Shown: positions 1-8,417, counted from the first letter of the stretch. The stretch: DNA of 64,000 nt from Candidatus Eiseniibacteriota bacterium (GCA_963762255.1 CAVXKA010000001.1:1536001-1600000); one strand, 5' to 3'. Numbers and translations are program-made. Notes: a model not told the origin generated them from the sequence alone.

Positions 1-828
1 CTTGTCGCGGAGGGCGTCCATGGGCCAGCTTTGGGGCGGCATCGGCTTGCCGGGGGCGATGGACTCGGCGGTGAGCGGGACTCCTTCACGGGCGCCCGAC
101 GGAGCGTTTCCGACGTAGGGAACGGCCTTCATCTGGTCCCTCGCCTCTTCCGACCGTCCGCCACGGGAGTGAACCTGGTTACCCTGGGTCACCACACCGC
201 TCTTGAGGGCAACGGCTTCGCCGAACGAGTCCACCGGCAGGCTGTTGAGGTTCTCCGAGCCCGCCATTTGCCGGGACGCTGCGGGCACTTCCTCGATGGC
301 GACCTTCACCGGCCGAGGCTCCATCGCGCGGCGCCGCGCCTCCGCCTTGGCTTCCGGGGAAAGTCCGCCGGAGATCTCGTCCTTGCGCTCGTTCCCTCGT
401 GCGCCCGCCGCGGCATTCTGATCGAGGCCGTTGGCTGCGGATTGCTCACCCGGGTGAGCATTGGCTTCGCGGTCGGTCACCACGGATTGATCACCCGGGT
501 GAGCATCCGACTCGGGCACATCCACTGCGCTCATCGTGCGTTCGCGGGTCGCGTCGAGCGTGGGCTCCGCGGACGGAGGCTGCGTCAAGTCGCCGGACGG
601 CGCGAGCTCCTGCGCAAAACGGTCGGTGATCACGTTCTCCGCGGGGCCGCGCAGCGAAAGCACGACGACGAACACGCCGGCGCTGGCGACAGCCAGCGCG
701 GCGCCGGGAATGGCCCAACGACGCCACGCGGGGCGTCGCTTGTCGATGGCGGTGAACATGGCCTCGCGCACGCGACGCTCCTCGGCGTCGGTCATGCGGT
801 CCTGATGGCGATCGAAGATCTCTTTCAT
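1..828 (-). CDS. Membrane-anchored protein coupled to the ECF sigma (anti-sigma-like N-terminus, TonB-receptor-plug-like segment); runs off window start
   Basis: Not in ORF track. ATG at 828 overlaps the sigma TGA; MKEIFDRHQDRM..., TM segment WAIPGAALAVASAGVFVVVL, later LPVDSFGEAVALKSGVVTQGNQVHSRGGRSEE. Confidence 0.65.
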   Translation of the reverse strand, partial: MKEIFDRHQDRMTDAEERRVREAMFTAIDKRRPAWRRWAIPGAALAVASAGVFVVVLSLRGPAENVITDRFAQELAPSGDLTQPPSAEPTLDATRERTMSAVDVPESDAHPGDQSVVTDREANAHPGEQSAANGLDQNAAAGARGNERKDEISGGLSPEAKAEARRRAMEPRPVKVAIEEVPAASRQMAGSENLNSLPVDSFGEAVALKSGVVTQGNQVHSRGGRSEEARDQMKAVPYVGNAPSGAREGVPLTAESIAPGKPMPPQSWPMDALRDK

Positions 829-1406
829 AGTCTCTGCTCCTGAAGCTGCGAAGCGGCGACGGTGGCGGAGGGGGCCTCGAGCTGCGCGCGCAACGATTCG
901 CGTCCGCGGAACGCATGCACGCGCGCGGTGGCCTCGCTCACGCCAAGGATTTCGCCTACTTCGCGGAAGGAATACCCCATCCATTCGTGGAGGAGGACCG
1001 CGCCGCGCTGCCGCTCGGGCAATCGGGCCAAGGCCTGCCGCAGCCGGATGCCCTCTTCTGGATTCGGCTGGGGAAGGCCCTCGCGACGAGGCGGGTCGCC
1101 CTCCAACGTGTCGGTGCGCTTGAACCGTCCGAGGAATCGGCGCTTCCAATCCTGGGCGCGGCGAACGGCGATGCCGACGAGCCATGACTCGAGGCTGCCG
1201 TCGCCGCGATACCGATCGATGCCCTGGACCGCGCTCACGTAGGTTTCCTGGAGCACGTCCCGAGCTTCGTCGCGATTGCCCAAGTGATAGGCGAGCAGTC
1301 CGAAGAGCCGTTCGTGGGTGGCGGAGTAGATGTTCCGCCAGGCTTCTTCATCACCGCTCGCCGCGCGTCGCGCCAGCTCGAGGTCGGGATGTCCATCTTG
1401 ACTCAT
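825..1406 (-). CDS. ECF-family RNA polymerase sigma-70 factor
   Basis: Region 2 (EARDVLQETYV, SLESWL) and region 4 (LPERQRGAVLLHEWMGYSFREVGEILGVSEATARVHAFRGR). Confidence 0.93.
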   Translation of the reverse strand: MSQDGHPDLELARRAASGDEEAWRNIYSATHERLFGLLAYHLGNRDEARDVLQETYVSAVQGIDRYRGDGSLESWLVGIAVRRAQDWKRRFLGRFKRTDTLEGDPPRREGLPQPNPEEGIRLRQALARLPERQRGAVLLHEWMGYSFREVGEILGVSEATARVHAFRGRESLRAQLEAPSATVAASQLQEQRL

Positions 1407-1696
1407 CCGCTCATCTCCCTGCCGCGCGCCGATTACCCGTCCCGGCGCTTCCGGCGATCAATGCAGGAGTCGCCCGGGGGATGGGATTCGTTTACGGAGG
1501 CTACGTGCCTCTTTATACCCCTTGTGGGGACCGGGGACATCGGGTTGTTTGGGTCGAGGGGCCAACCCATTGACATGGAGCGGGTTGACCGAGGACGGCC
1601 GAGCGCGCAGGGGCTCCTCTGGCTCGTTGGGCGATGGACCGCGGGTGCGCGTTCGGGCCGTCCGGGCCTAGACTTGGGGCCCCGCCCGGCTTACCC

Positions 1697-2153
1697 CGTC
1701 GCTATGTGATCTTCAATGGCAAGTGCCATCCGCGCGAAGCGGCCGCAGCGACTGCCGGTGGTGCTGACTCGGCGAGAGGTGCGCGAGTTGCTGGGCCGAC
1801 TGCGGGGAACGACGTGGCTCATGGCGTCGCTCCTGTATGGGTCGGGTACACCTTGCGCAGGTGCGGCGTCCACGAGACGGATCTTCGCGGCGGGCTGGGC
1901 ACGGTGGAACTCCCCGATGCGATTGCGCAGAAGCATCCCAACGCGGCGCGGGAGGCGGGGATCGCGAAGCCCGCGAGCTGCCACACGCTCCGGCATTCGT
2001 TTGCCACGCACCTTCTTGAGGCCGGGCAGGACATCCGGACGATTCAGGAGTTGCTCGGGCACCGCGACGTGAGCACGACCATGATCTACACGCATGTTCT
2101 CAACCGGGGGGGGGGGGCTGGGAGTGCGGAGTCCGCTGGACGAGGGGAAGTGA
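1697..2153 (+). pseudogene. intI: Integron integrase pseudogene with several internal deletions and frameshifts
   Basis: Ordered IntI fragments across frames: [27 protein letters not shown]...[34 protein letters not shown] (IntI-specific insertion), [12 protein letters not shown]...[26 protein letters not shown]. Confidence 0.92.
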
Positions 2154-2284
2154 GGGGGCGCGCGATGCCGACGGTGCTTGTCATGTTTATCGCGCCACAT
2201 GGGCGGGCGGCGCAGGCTAACCGGCAAGCGGTCAGACCGGGAACCGCCGGGATTTCGAGGGATCCACCCGCGCAGGTGCGGGGC

Positions 2285-2290
2285 TATACT
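2285..2290 (+). promoter_or_regulatory. Candidate Pc -10 element (TATACT)
   Basis: TATACT about 45 bp upstream of the attI core; no clear -35. Confidence 0.35.
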
Positions 2291-2299
2291 GAACAAGGA

Positions 2300-2341
2300 T
2301 ATCGACCCAGTTAAGGAGTTCTGTCCAATTCACGTTAGACG
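2300..2341 (+). other. Putative attI site (core GTTAGAC at 2334-2340)
   Basis: GTTAGACG is the exact complement of CGTCTAAC opening the first attC (2876-2883); no attC hairpin upstream of it. Confidence 0.7.
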
Positions 2342-2374
2342 CTCACTGAATCCAACACAGGGAGGGGAGAGGCG

Positions 2375-2680
2375 ATGGAATACCGGATCTCTCGGGTCTC
2401 AGTAGGCCAATTGACGAAGCTCTCCTGTGTGCTCTATGCGTGCATGGGAGTCATCTTCATACCGATCTTCATTGTCATGAGTCTGGTCGACCCAGAGGTG
2501 GGAATCTTTGGTATTGGGTTTGCGCTGGTCATGCCGGTCATCTACGCTGCGTTGGGTGCCTTGACTGGGACACTAGGCGCCGTGCTGTACAACTGGGCCG
2601 CAGGAATGTTCGGGGGCGTCGAACTCAATCTCGACGTGGCAGCCCCCGCACTCGCTGCGACTCAGCAGACAGCGAAGTAG
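2375..2680 (+). CDS. Cassette 1: small membrane protein (DUF3566-like)
   Basis: GGAGGGGAG RBS; two TM segments; LYNWAAGMFGGVEL tail. Confidence 0.7.
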   Translation: MEYRISRVSVGQLTKLSCVLYACMGVIFIPIFIVMSLVDPEVGIFGIGFALVMPVIYAALGALTGTLGAVLYNWAAGMFGGVELNLDVAAPALAATQQTAK

Positions 2681-2876
2681 GCGTGGTAGGCGAGAAGATG
2701 CTGGAACACCTGCTTGGTCGCAAGATCCGCCCAGAGATCGGGGTGATTCTGCGCCTGCTCCGAGAAGCAGGATCAGGCTAGGCAGGCCATTTGAGAAGGA
2801 CGAGCAGTGTCGGCAGCCGATCTAGGGCCGGGAGGCTCTAGCACGGATCTTAGAGATGATCAGAACGAAAGAGGAC

Positions 2877-2977
2877 GTCTAACCAGCCGCTGCAGCCGCC
2901 GCCCGCTCCTGGGGGTAGGATAGGGCTTTGAAAGGTGTCGGTCGTCGCGGGCGCGGCTGACCGGCAGCACGTTGGAC
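2877..2977 (+). repeat. attC 1 (resident family)
   Basis: GTCTAAC...CTGCAGCCGCCGCCCGC...GCGGGCGCGGCTGACCGG...GTTGGAC. Confidence 0.92.
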
Positions 2978-2994
2978 AGACTAGGGGAGCGACG

Positions 2995-3603
2995 ATGGAG
3001 GCTGCACTAGCAAGCTGGCTCGGCTTGGTCTTGGCTGAGGCGACCAAGCAGGTCACCTCGCAGGCGACCTCGGGCATCGTGTCGCGGATTCGCAAGCTCG
3101 TCGCAAGCCGTCTTGGCTCGGAACCGAACGCGACTCAAGGGTCGCCGCAGCGGCATCACCGATCTCGTTAGCAGGACGAGGCAATCCCTGCCGCGCTCGA
3201 GGAACTCGTCGGCCAATCCCCGGTGCTTCGAAGGTTGAGTCGCGCGCTCGATCTGCTCGAGGGCGCCTGTGTTCTGTGGGTCGACGACCATCCAGAATGG
3301 AACTCGTGGGAGATGGCGTGTCTTGAGTCTGCGGGCGTGCGCGTGCGCACGGTTGAGACGACGCGATCCGCTCTCGCAATGGTAGCGGATGGCTACGACA
3401 CCATCGTGTCTGATATTCGCCGTGGCGATGAGCCGGACGCGGGGCTCAATAGGGCGCGTCACGCCGTCGCTCACGGTCGAAGGAGCCGAAAGGACCCGCA
3501 GGTGAACCGGAAGACGGTAGGGCGGTGGGAAGTGCTTGTTCAAGGCATCGTGCATGAGGTGGAGTGCATCCTGGAGGCGGAGTGCGGTACGCGCCGGGTG
3601 TAA
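2995..3603 (+). pseudogene. Cassette 2: chimeric remnant (frameshifted receiver-domain gene joined to an unrelated C-terminus with RxxxxH)
   Basis: VLWVDDHPE...DTIVSDIRR receiver half, then LNRARHAVAHG; cassette ends GTTGGAC and ACCTAAC are not complementary. Confidence 0.6.
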
Positions 3604-3607
3604 GGTC

Positions 3608-3708
3608 ACCTAACGGGCCGCTGCAGCCGCCGCCCGCTCCTGGGAGTGGGATAGGGCTTTGAAGGGTGCCGGATGTCGCGAGCGCGGCTGACCGGCAACA
3701 CGTTAGCC
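3608..3708 (+). repeat. attC 2 (resident family)
   Basis: ACCTAAC...GTTAGCC. Confidence 0.92.
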
Positions 3709-3724
3709 GGACAGGAATGGAGCT

Positions 3725-4078
3725 ATGAAGCAGAAGAAGCTCCAGAGCGTCGCCCATAACACAATGGACCACGCCGTCAGCGGTTTGGGTTTTCTCACTC
3801 CGCATGTCGTCGAGTTCTTCAGCGTTTCCGGCCAGCGGAAGCTCTCGGTTAATCTCCTTGCCGATGATCCGGTTGCAGGCAGCGGTCCACTCTCGCAGCC
3901 GCTCACGGTGGCAGCGCAATCCTGTCGACGAGATTCCTTGAGATCCTTGCCAGCGAGGGCTTCAGCCCGGCCATTCTCATGGCGGCCCGGCTCGAATTTG
4001 CTGACCTCGATGGTGCCGATTTCACATGCGAATGCGTGCTGGAATCCGAGCAAGGCGGGCGCTATAGCGCCTCAATGA
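3725..4078 (+). CDS. Cassette 3: hypothetical protein
   Basis: GGAG RBS, ORF fills the cassette. Confidence 0.55.
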   Translation: MKQKKLQSVAHNTMDHAVSGLGFLTPHVVEFFSVSGQRKLSVNLLADDPVAGSGPLSQPLTVAAQSCRRDSLRSLPARASARPFSWRPGSNLLTSMVPISHANACWNPSKAGAIAPQ

Positions 4079-4146
4079 ACTCCAAGACCTATTGGATGCA
4101 TGCACGCCAGGATCCGTGGGAGGCAATTCGGAGACTTCGGGGCGCC

Positions 4147-4247
4147 GGCTAACAAGCCGCTGCAGCCGCCGCCCGCTCCTGGGAGTGGGATAGGGCTTTG
4201 AAGGGTGCCGGATGTCGCGAGCGCGGCTGACCGGCAACACGTTAGGC
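4147..4247 (+). repeat. attC 3 (resident family, nearly identical to attC 2)
   Basis: GGCTAAC...GTTAGGC. Confidence 0.92.
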
Positions 4248-4274
4248 GTCACGGAACGATCGGGGGATCTCGAA

Positions 4275-4823
4275 ATGATGAATGACGTCCAAATTCATTC
4301 AGTCCGAATGCAGGTGCCGCCACGTGTGCGAATCGGTGGCTTGGGGAGGGGGGAGTTGCTCGAAGCGCTGCACTCGCACGGTGTCATGCTCAATCCCATC
4401 GGAGTCGAACTGTTCCAACATCCTGGATTCACCACCAAGGCGACAAGCAAGACAGTGGAGATCGCTTGTGTTTCGGTTGCGGCGCTCGGCTTCTCAGGCG
4501 GAGGGATCTACCAAGACATTGTTCAAGCAGCGATGCGACGTCGGCTGGTCGAGTGCCCTCTTGAGCTGGGGCCGCACTTGCGGATTGCCTACCTTCATCA
4601 AGCAGAGGGCTCGATCGGCTGTGCGCCTACGCAGAACAAGGCGCCTTCTGGCTCCATCACAGTGGCGTCGCCCCCACTAGACAACGACGACACTACGCCT
4701 AAGGGGTTCTATCTTCGACGCATAGAGGGCGTCTTGTGGCTCAGGGGCTTCACGTCCTGGTCGGGGCACGTATGGAGTGCCGAGGACGTTTTCGTCTTTG
4801 CGAGGCACAGTGGTGAAGCCTAA
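4275..4823 (+). CDS. Cassette 4: hypothetical cytoplasmic protein
   Basis: ORF fills cassette, stop inside GCCTAAC. Confidence 0.7.
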   Translation: MMNDVQIHSVRMQVPPRVRIGGLGRGELLEALHSHGVMLNPIGVELFQHPGFTTKATSKTVEIACVSVAALGFSGGGIYQDIVQAAMRRRLVECPLELGPHLRIAYLHQAEGSIGCAPTQNKAPSGSITVASPPLDNDDTTPKGFYLRRIEGVLWLRGFTSWSGHVWSAEDVFVFARHSGEA

Positions 4824-4886
4824 CCTCTCCATCGAGCGGATACGCCCCGGCAGGCCGGGCCGTGCCGCTCATGTCGAACATTAGGT
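4818..4886 (+). repeat. attC 4 (short, non-resident; core mutated to ATTAGGT)
   Basis: GCCTAAC...ATCGAGCGG...CCGCTCATGT...ATTAGGT. Confidence 0.8.
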
Positions 4887-4894
4887 TGAAGACT

Positions 4895-5377
4895 ATGGTA
4901 GGAAAGACGTTTCTCGTGTTGCTGGCCTTCACCGTCTTGGGGTGTGGGGACTCGACTTCTCCTTGCCACTCTGATCTCGCATTCCCACCCAAGCACCCAG
5001 AGCGGGTCACGGTCTCCCAGGGGGTTTGGGGCCTTGTTGCTTTTTGGGAAGGTGATTTCATGCCGCACTGCCTGTCAGGCACGATCACTCCTGTCGGCCG
5101 GGAGATGCGGATCCATGCGCTCACCCGGCCAGATCAAGTTGAGGGGGTGGGGCCCTTCTTCTCGGAAGTACGGACGCCGGAAGTGGCTAGGGTCTGGTCA
5201 GACGCAGATGGCTTCTTCCAGGCTGCGCTTGCGCCAGGTAAGTACAGTCTGTTCTCGGTAGAGGACACGGCCCTGTATGCGAATCGTTTGTCCTCGGGTG
5301 CTTTGTGTCCCTTCACCGTGTCGCCAGACACGGTGATCGCGGTGACTTTTGACATCACCTGGGGTGCGAACTACTGA
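4895..5377 (+). CDS. Cassette 5: lipoprotein, carboxypeptidase-regulatory-like fold
   Basis: Lipobox VLGC; SDADGFFQAALAPGKYSL. Confidence 0.75.
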   Translation: MVGKTFLVLLAFTVLGCGDSTSPCHSDLAFPPKHPERVTVSQGVWGLVAFWEGDFMPHCLSGTITPVGREMRIHALTRPDQVEGVGPFFSEVRTPEVARVWSDADGFFQAALAPGKYSLFSVEDTALYANRLSSGALCPFTVSPDTVIAVTFDITWGANY

Positions 5378-5383
5378 GATTCA

Positions 5384-5484
5384 ACCTACCGGGCCGCTAC
5401 AGCCGCCGCCTGCTCCTGGGAGTAGGATAGGGCTTTGAAAGGCTCCGGTGGTCGCGGGCGCGGCTGACCGGCAGCACGTTAGAC
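5384..5484 (+). repeat. attC 5 (resident family; AAC mutated to ACC)
   Basis: ACCTACC...GTTAGAC. Confidence 0.88.
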
Positions 5485-5507
5485 AGATTGGAGGATTCAG
5501 AGTGAAC

Positions 5508-6191
5508 ATGCAGCGGGTTCTGCTGGCCGTGCTAGGTACTCACGTGATGATCTTCTCTCTGCTGGTTGCCCCAACGGAGTGCGTCGCTGAAGACCCAGGA
5601 CGGGCCGATCCCCTGCAGAAGGGTGCGTGGGCCATTCAGTTCGGAATCACGTCTGACTTCACCTTGAATTCGTTCAGCGGCGGCATCATGTCCATGAAAC
5701 GCCACTTCTCCTCGCGTTCGGCATTACGCGGCGGGCTCAGCGGATCGCTGGAGAGTCTCGATGGGGTATCCCAGTGGTCCGATCCGGACACAACGGCCAG
5801 TGAGGATACCGATCGGGACGCAGCCGGTCTTGGGATTGAACTCCAGTACCTGTACTACTCGCGACCCATCAATGGGTTGAGTCTCTACTGGGGGACCGGA
5901 CCTTCCTATCGGACGAATCGCGACGAGTCCGGGTATTCAGCGGACGGTAGGGAGAGTAGGCGTACCAGACACCAGTGGTCGCTTGGCCTCCTCAACTCGC
6001 TGGGCGTGGAGTGGTTCCCCGCGAAGTTCGTCGGGATACACGCGGAGTACGGGCTTGCGCTGGAATATGTCTCCCAATCGACCGAGGACAATTACCTGAC
6101 AGAGTTGGGGCGAGCGCTGCGGAACTCTGAACTTGACGGGTGGCGAGTGGATGATCGCCCGGTGAGGTTTGGAGTCAGTGTCTACTTCTAG
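5508..6191 (+). CDS. Cassette 6: outer-membrane beta-barrel protein
   Basis: Signal peptide, amphipathic strands (LGVEWFP, GIHAEYG), C-terminal FGVSVYF. Confidence 0.8.
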   Translation: MQRVLLAVLGTHVMIFSLLVAPTECVAEDPGRADPLQKGAWAIQFGITSDFTLNSFSGGIMSMKRHFSSRSALRGGLSGSLESLDGVSQWSDPDTTASEDTDRDAAGLGIELQYLYYSRPINGLSLYWGTGPSYRTNRDESGYSADGRESRRTRHQWSLGLLNSLGVEWFPAKFVGIHAEYGLALEYVSQSTEDNYLTELGRALRNSELDGWRVDDRPVRFGVSVYF

Positions 6192-6197
6192 ACCACA

Positions 6198-6299
6198 GTC
6201 TAACGGGCCGCTGCAGCCGCCGCCCGCTCCTGGGGAGTAGGATACGGCTTTGGAGGGCGCTGGTGGTCGCGGGCGCGGCTGACCGGCGGCACGTTAGCT
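6198..6299 (+). repeat. attC 6 (resident family)
   Basis: GTCTAAC...GTTAGCT. Confidence 0.92.
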
Positions 6300-6316
6300 T
6301 GCTGGGTGAGGGGTTT

Positions 6317-7099
6317 ATGAGACTGCGATTTGAGCGGCTGGCGTTGTGGGCTTCTTGCGGGGTACTCGTTGCGCTCCTATCCCCAGTGCGTCTAGCGCGT
6401 GCGAATGGGCCCGAGATCGGAAGAGATGCTGGGGCCATTTTCCCGCTAGAGAGCCCTGCGGTGCAATTGGTCTATGAACACATTACTGCGACTCTGCCGC
6501 CGCAGGGATACGAGTACGATCCAGGCTCCGTCGTCTGCATCTACGGGCTCCGGAATCTCACGGACCAGGCAGTTACGTTCGAGATGTCATTCGTGACCAA
6601 CATTCCCGGACGTTTCCCCGGAGTCGTCGCGGATCAGTACAGGAGAGCGAAGTTCACAGCACAGTTGAAAGGGGCTGATCTTCCCGTAGGAATCGCTCCG
6701 GCAGACTCCGCGAAATGGGTTCCGTTCTTCGGAGTGCCGGTGGATTCCCTACCCGTGTGGACGATCGAGCTGGGGCCACGAGAGGAAGCCACCCTGAGAG
6801 TCTCGTATCTCGCGGAGTGGTCAGGCGGCGCGGATGGTGATCATTGGACGCGCTACTTTGAGTACCTGGCTACCGCAGCCTCGCTTTGGGCCGGGCCAAT
6901 CGAGCACGCAAGGGTGGAGTTTGTCCTGGGTGATCTCTTCGTAGCTGCGCTGAAGGAGATGGGGGAGGGAAGCGATCGCTTCCAGGTCCAGATCGAGCCG
7001 GCCGATGGCAAGTGGTCGTGGAACGGCGTCGTGTGGGAACGAGCGAACTGGGAGCCAGATGAAGACTTCCGACTCAGCTTTGATGGGAACGACCGGTAA
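6317..7099 (+). CDS. Cassette 7: secreted protein, DUF4424-like
   Basis: Signal peptide ending ARA-N; FEYLATAASLWAGPIE; WEPDEDFRLSF. Confidence 0.65.
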   Translation: MRLRFERLALWASCGVLVALLSPVRLARANGPEIGRDAGAIFPLESPAVQLVYEHITATLPPQGYEYDPGSVVCIYGLRNLTDQAVTFEMSFVTNIPGRFPGVVADQYRRAKFTAQLKGADLPVGIAPADSAKWVPFFGVPVDSLPVWTIELGPREEATLRVSYLAEWSGGADGDHWTRYFEYLATAASLWAGPIEHARVEFVLGDLFVAALKEMGEGSDRFQVQIEPADGKWSWNGVVWERANWEPDEDFRLSFDGNDR

Positions 7100-7113
7100 C
7101 CATGTGGTAAACA

Positions 7114-7215
7114 AGCTAACGGGCCGCTTCAGCCGCCGCCCGCTCCCGGGGAGTAGGATAGGGCCTTAAAAGGTGTCGGTCGTCGCGGGCACGGCTGACC
7201 GGCAGCACGTTAGGT
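7114..7215 (+). repeat. attC 7 (resident family)
   Basis: AGCTAAC...GTTAGGT. Confidence 0.92.
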
Positions 7216-7244
7216 TCACGGTTCCCGGGCTGGGGGAAATCGAC

Positions 7245-7727
7245 ATGGTCAGACTGATTTGTCTCGTGTCACTCCTTGCTCTACTCGGCTGTGCTGAGGA
7301 CAAAGTTACACAACCAGGGCCCGTCGGCTTCACCGCAATCGCTGATACCTCGTTCTCCGATTCGAATGTCCGCCTGGCTCTTTCGGTATCTCGCCAAGGT
7401 ACCTTGATCTATCTGGAGGTCGTCGCGTCCAACGAAAGCGCTCAGCTCCTCCGTTACGATGCGGGAGGTTGTGGATGTCCGGCACCAGGTCTCGGGCTGC
7501 ACGGCGAGGAGGGAGCAATCTGCTGGCAGCCGAGACCTCTCTGCCCATGCTGGGAGGAGATTCTCGAGTTCAGACCTGATGGGAGTGTTGGGAGGGCATC
7601 GTTGTTTCAGCTATGTCTTGAATCCCCGGGTCAGTATGTAGCTACAGCTGGCCTCTGGTACTGGTCGGGCGTGGGCCCGGAATGGGAACACCATTCGATT
7701 GAGGTTTCACTCCCCGTCACGCTATGA
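7245..7727 (+). CDS. Cassette 8: Cys-rich lipoprotein
   Basis: Lipobox LLGC; GCGC and CPC motifs. Confidence 0.72.
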   Translation: MVRLICLVSLLALLGCAEDKVTQPGPVGFTAIADTSFSDSNVRLALSVSRQGTLIYLEVVASNESAQLLRYDAGGCGCPAPGLGLHGEEGAICWQPRPLCPCWEEILEFRPDGSVGRASLFQLCLESPGQYVATAGLWYWSGVGPEWEHHSIEVSLPVTL

Positions 7728-7745
7728 GTCTCGATGAGGGGCGGA

Positions 7746-7847
7746 ACCTAACGGGCCGCTGCAGCCGCCACCCGCTCCTGGGGAGTAGGATAGGGCTTTG
7801 AAGGGCGCCGGTCGTCGCGGGCGCGGCGGACCGGCAGCACGTTAGGT
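7746..7847 (+). repeat. attC 8 (resident family)
   Basis: ACCTAAC...GTTAGGT. Confidence 0.92.
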
Positions 7848-7868
7848 TGACAGACGGGGAGGTTAGCG

Positions 7869-8138
7869 CTGGATCCTCGAATTTGGCCTGAATGGTGGGA
7901 CTGGGAACTCGAGCTCAGCCCCCACCTATGGAAGCGCATGGAAGATCGGAGATTTACTGAAGTGGATCTCCGAACCATGCTCTCGCGGGCGATGGCCATT
8001 CGGGCGGACGTAGTGCCGGGCCGGTGGGTTGCTGCGACCCGATTTCGGAAGGCCGATTGGGAGATCATCGTGGAGCCCGATGAAGGTGGTAGAATACTTG
8101 TCGTGATCACCGCCTATCCTGCGGAAGCAGACTCATGA
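7869..8138 (+). CDS. Cassette 9a: DUF4258-like putative toxin
   Basis: WPEWWDWELELSPHLWKRMEDR...ILVVITAYP; probable CTG start after GGGGAGG (first ATG at 7938). Confidence 0.7.
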   Translation: MDPRIWPEWWDWELELSPHLWKRMEDRRFTEVDLRTMLSRAMAIRADVVPGRWVAATRFRKADWEIIVEPDEGGRILVVITAYPAEADS

Positions 8139-8407
8139 GCCAGACTTACTTGGAAGTCACTTTTCGCCACGGTAAACCCCTTGCGGCCTATTACTACCTC
8201 CCACGCCGGCCGGGCCAGCGAAGCTACAGGACTCAGCGATTCGAGCCGGGTCTTGTCGTTGATTTCTCCAGAGGTGGGAAGCCACTCGGGATTGAGATCA
8301 CGGCCCCGTCTTCGACCCCGCTCTCAGCCATCAACCGGGTGCTGGCTAGCCTTGGGTTGCCGAAGTTGACCCGCGCTGAATTTGCACCCTTGCGGCTCGC
8401 TGCTTAG
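8135..8407 (+). CDS. Cassette 9b: DUF2283-like putative antitoxin
   Basis: AAYYYL...GLVVDFSRGGKPLGIEI; ATGA overlap with the upstream gene. Confidence 0.75.
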   Translation: MSQTYLEVTFRHGKPLAAYYYLPRRPGQRSYRTQRFEPGLVVDFSRGGKPLGIEITAPSSTPLSAINRVLASLGLPKLTRAEFAPLRLAA

Positions 8408-8417
8408 AACGAGGGCA

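Noticed and set aside
31-843. 270-aa plus-strand ORF
   Set aside because: Antisense shadow of the minus-strand gene coupled to the sigma factor
2106-2117. 12-G tract as a phase-variation switch for the integrase
   Set aside because: The gene is already inactivated upstream and the tract affects only the last few codons
1634-2314. 226-aa ORF as a functional XerC/D-type recombinase
   Set aside because: It is a patchwork of IntI fragments lacking the first catalytic Arg region, with non-homologous ends
1410-2330. LexA/SOS box controlling intI
   Set aside because: No CTG-N10-CAG, GAAC-N4-GTTC or GTTC-N7-GTTC match found by eye
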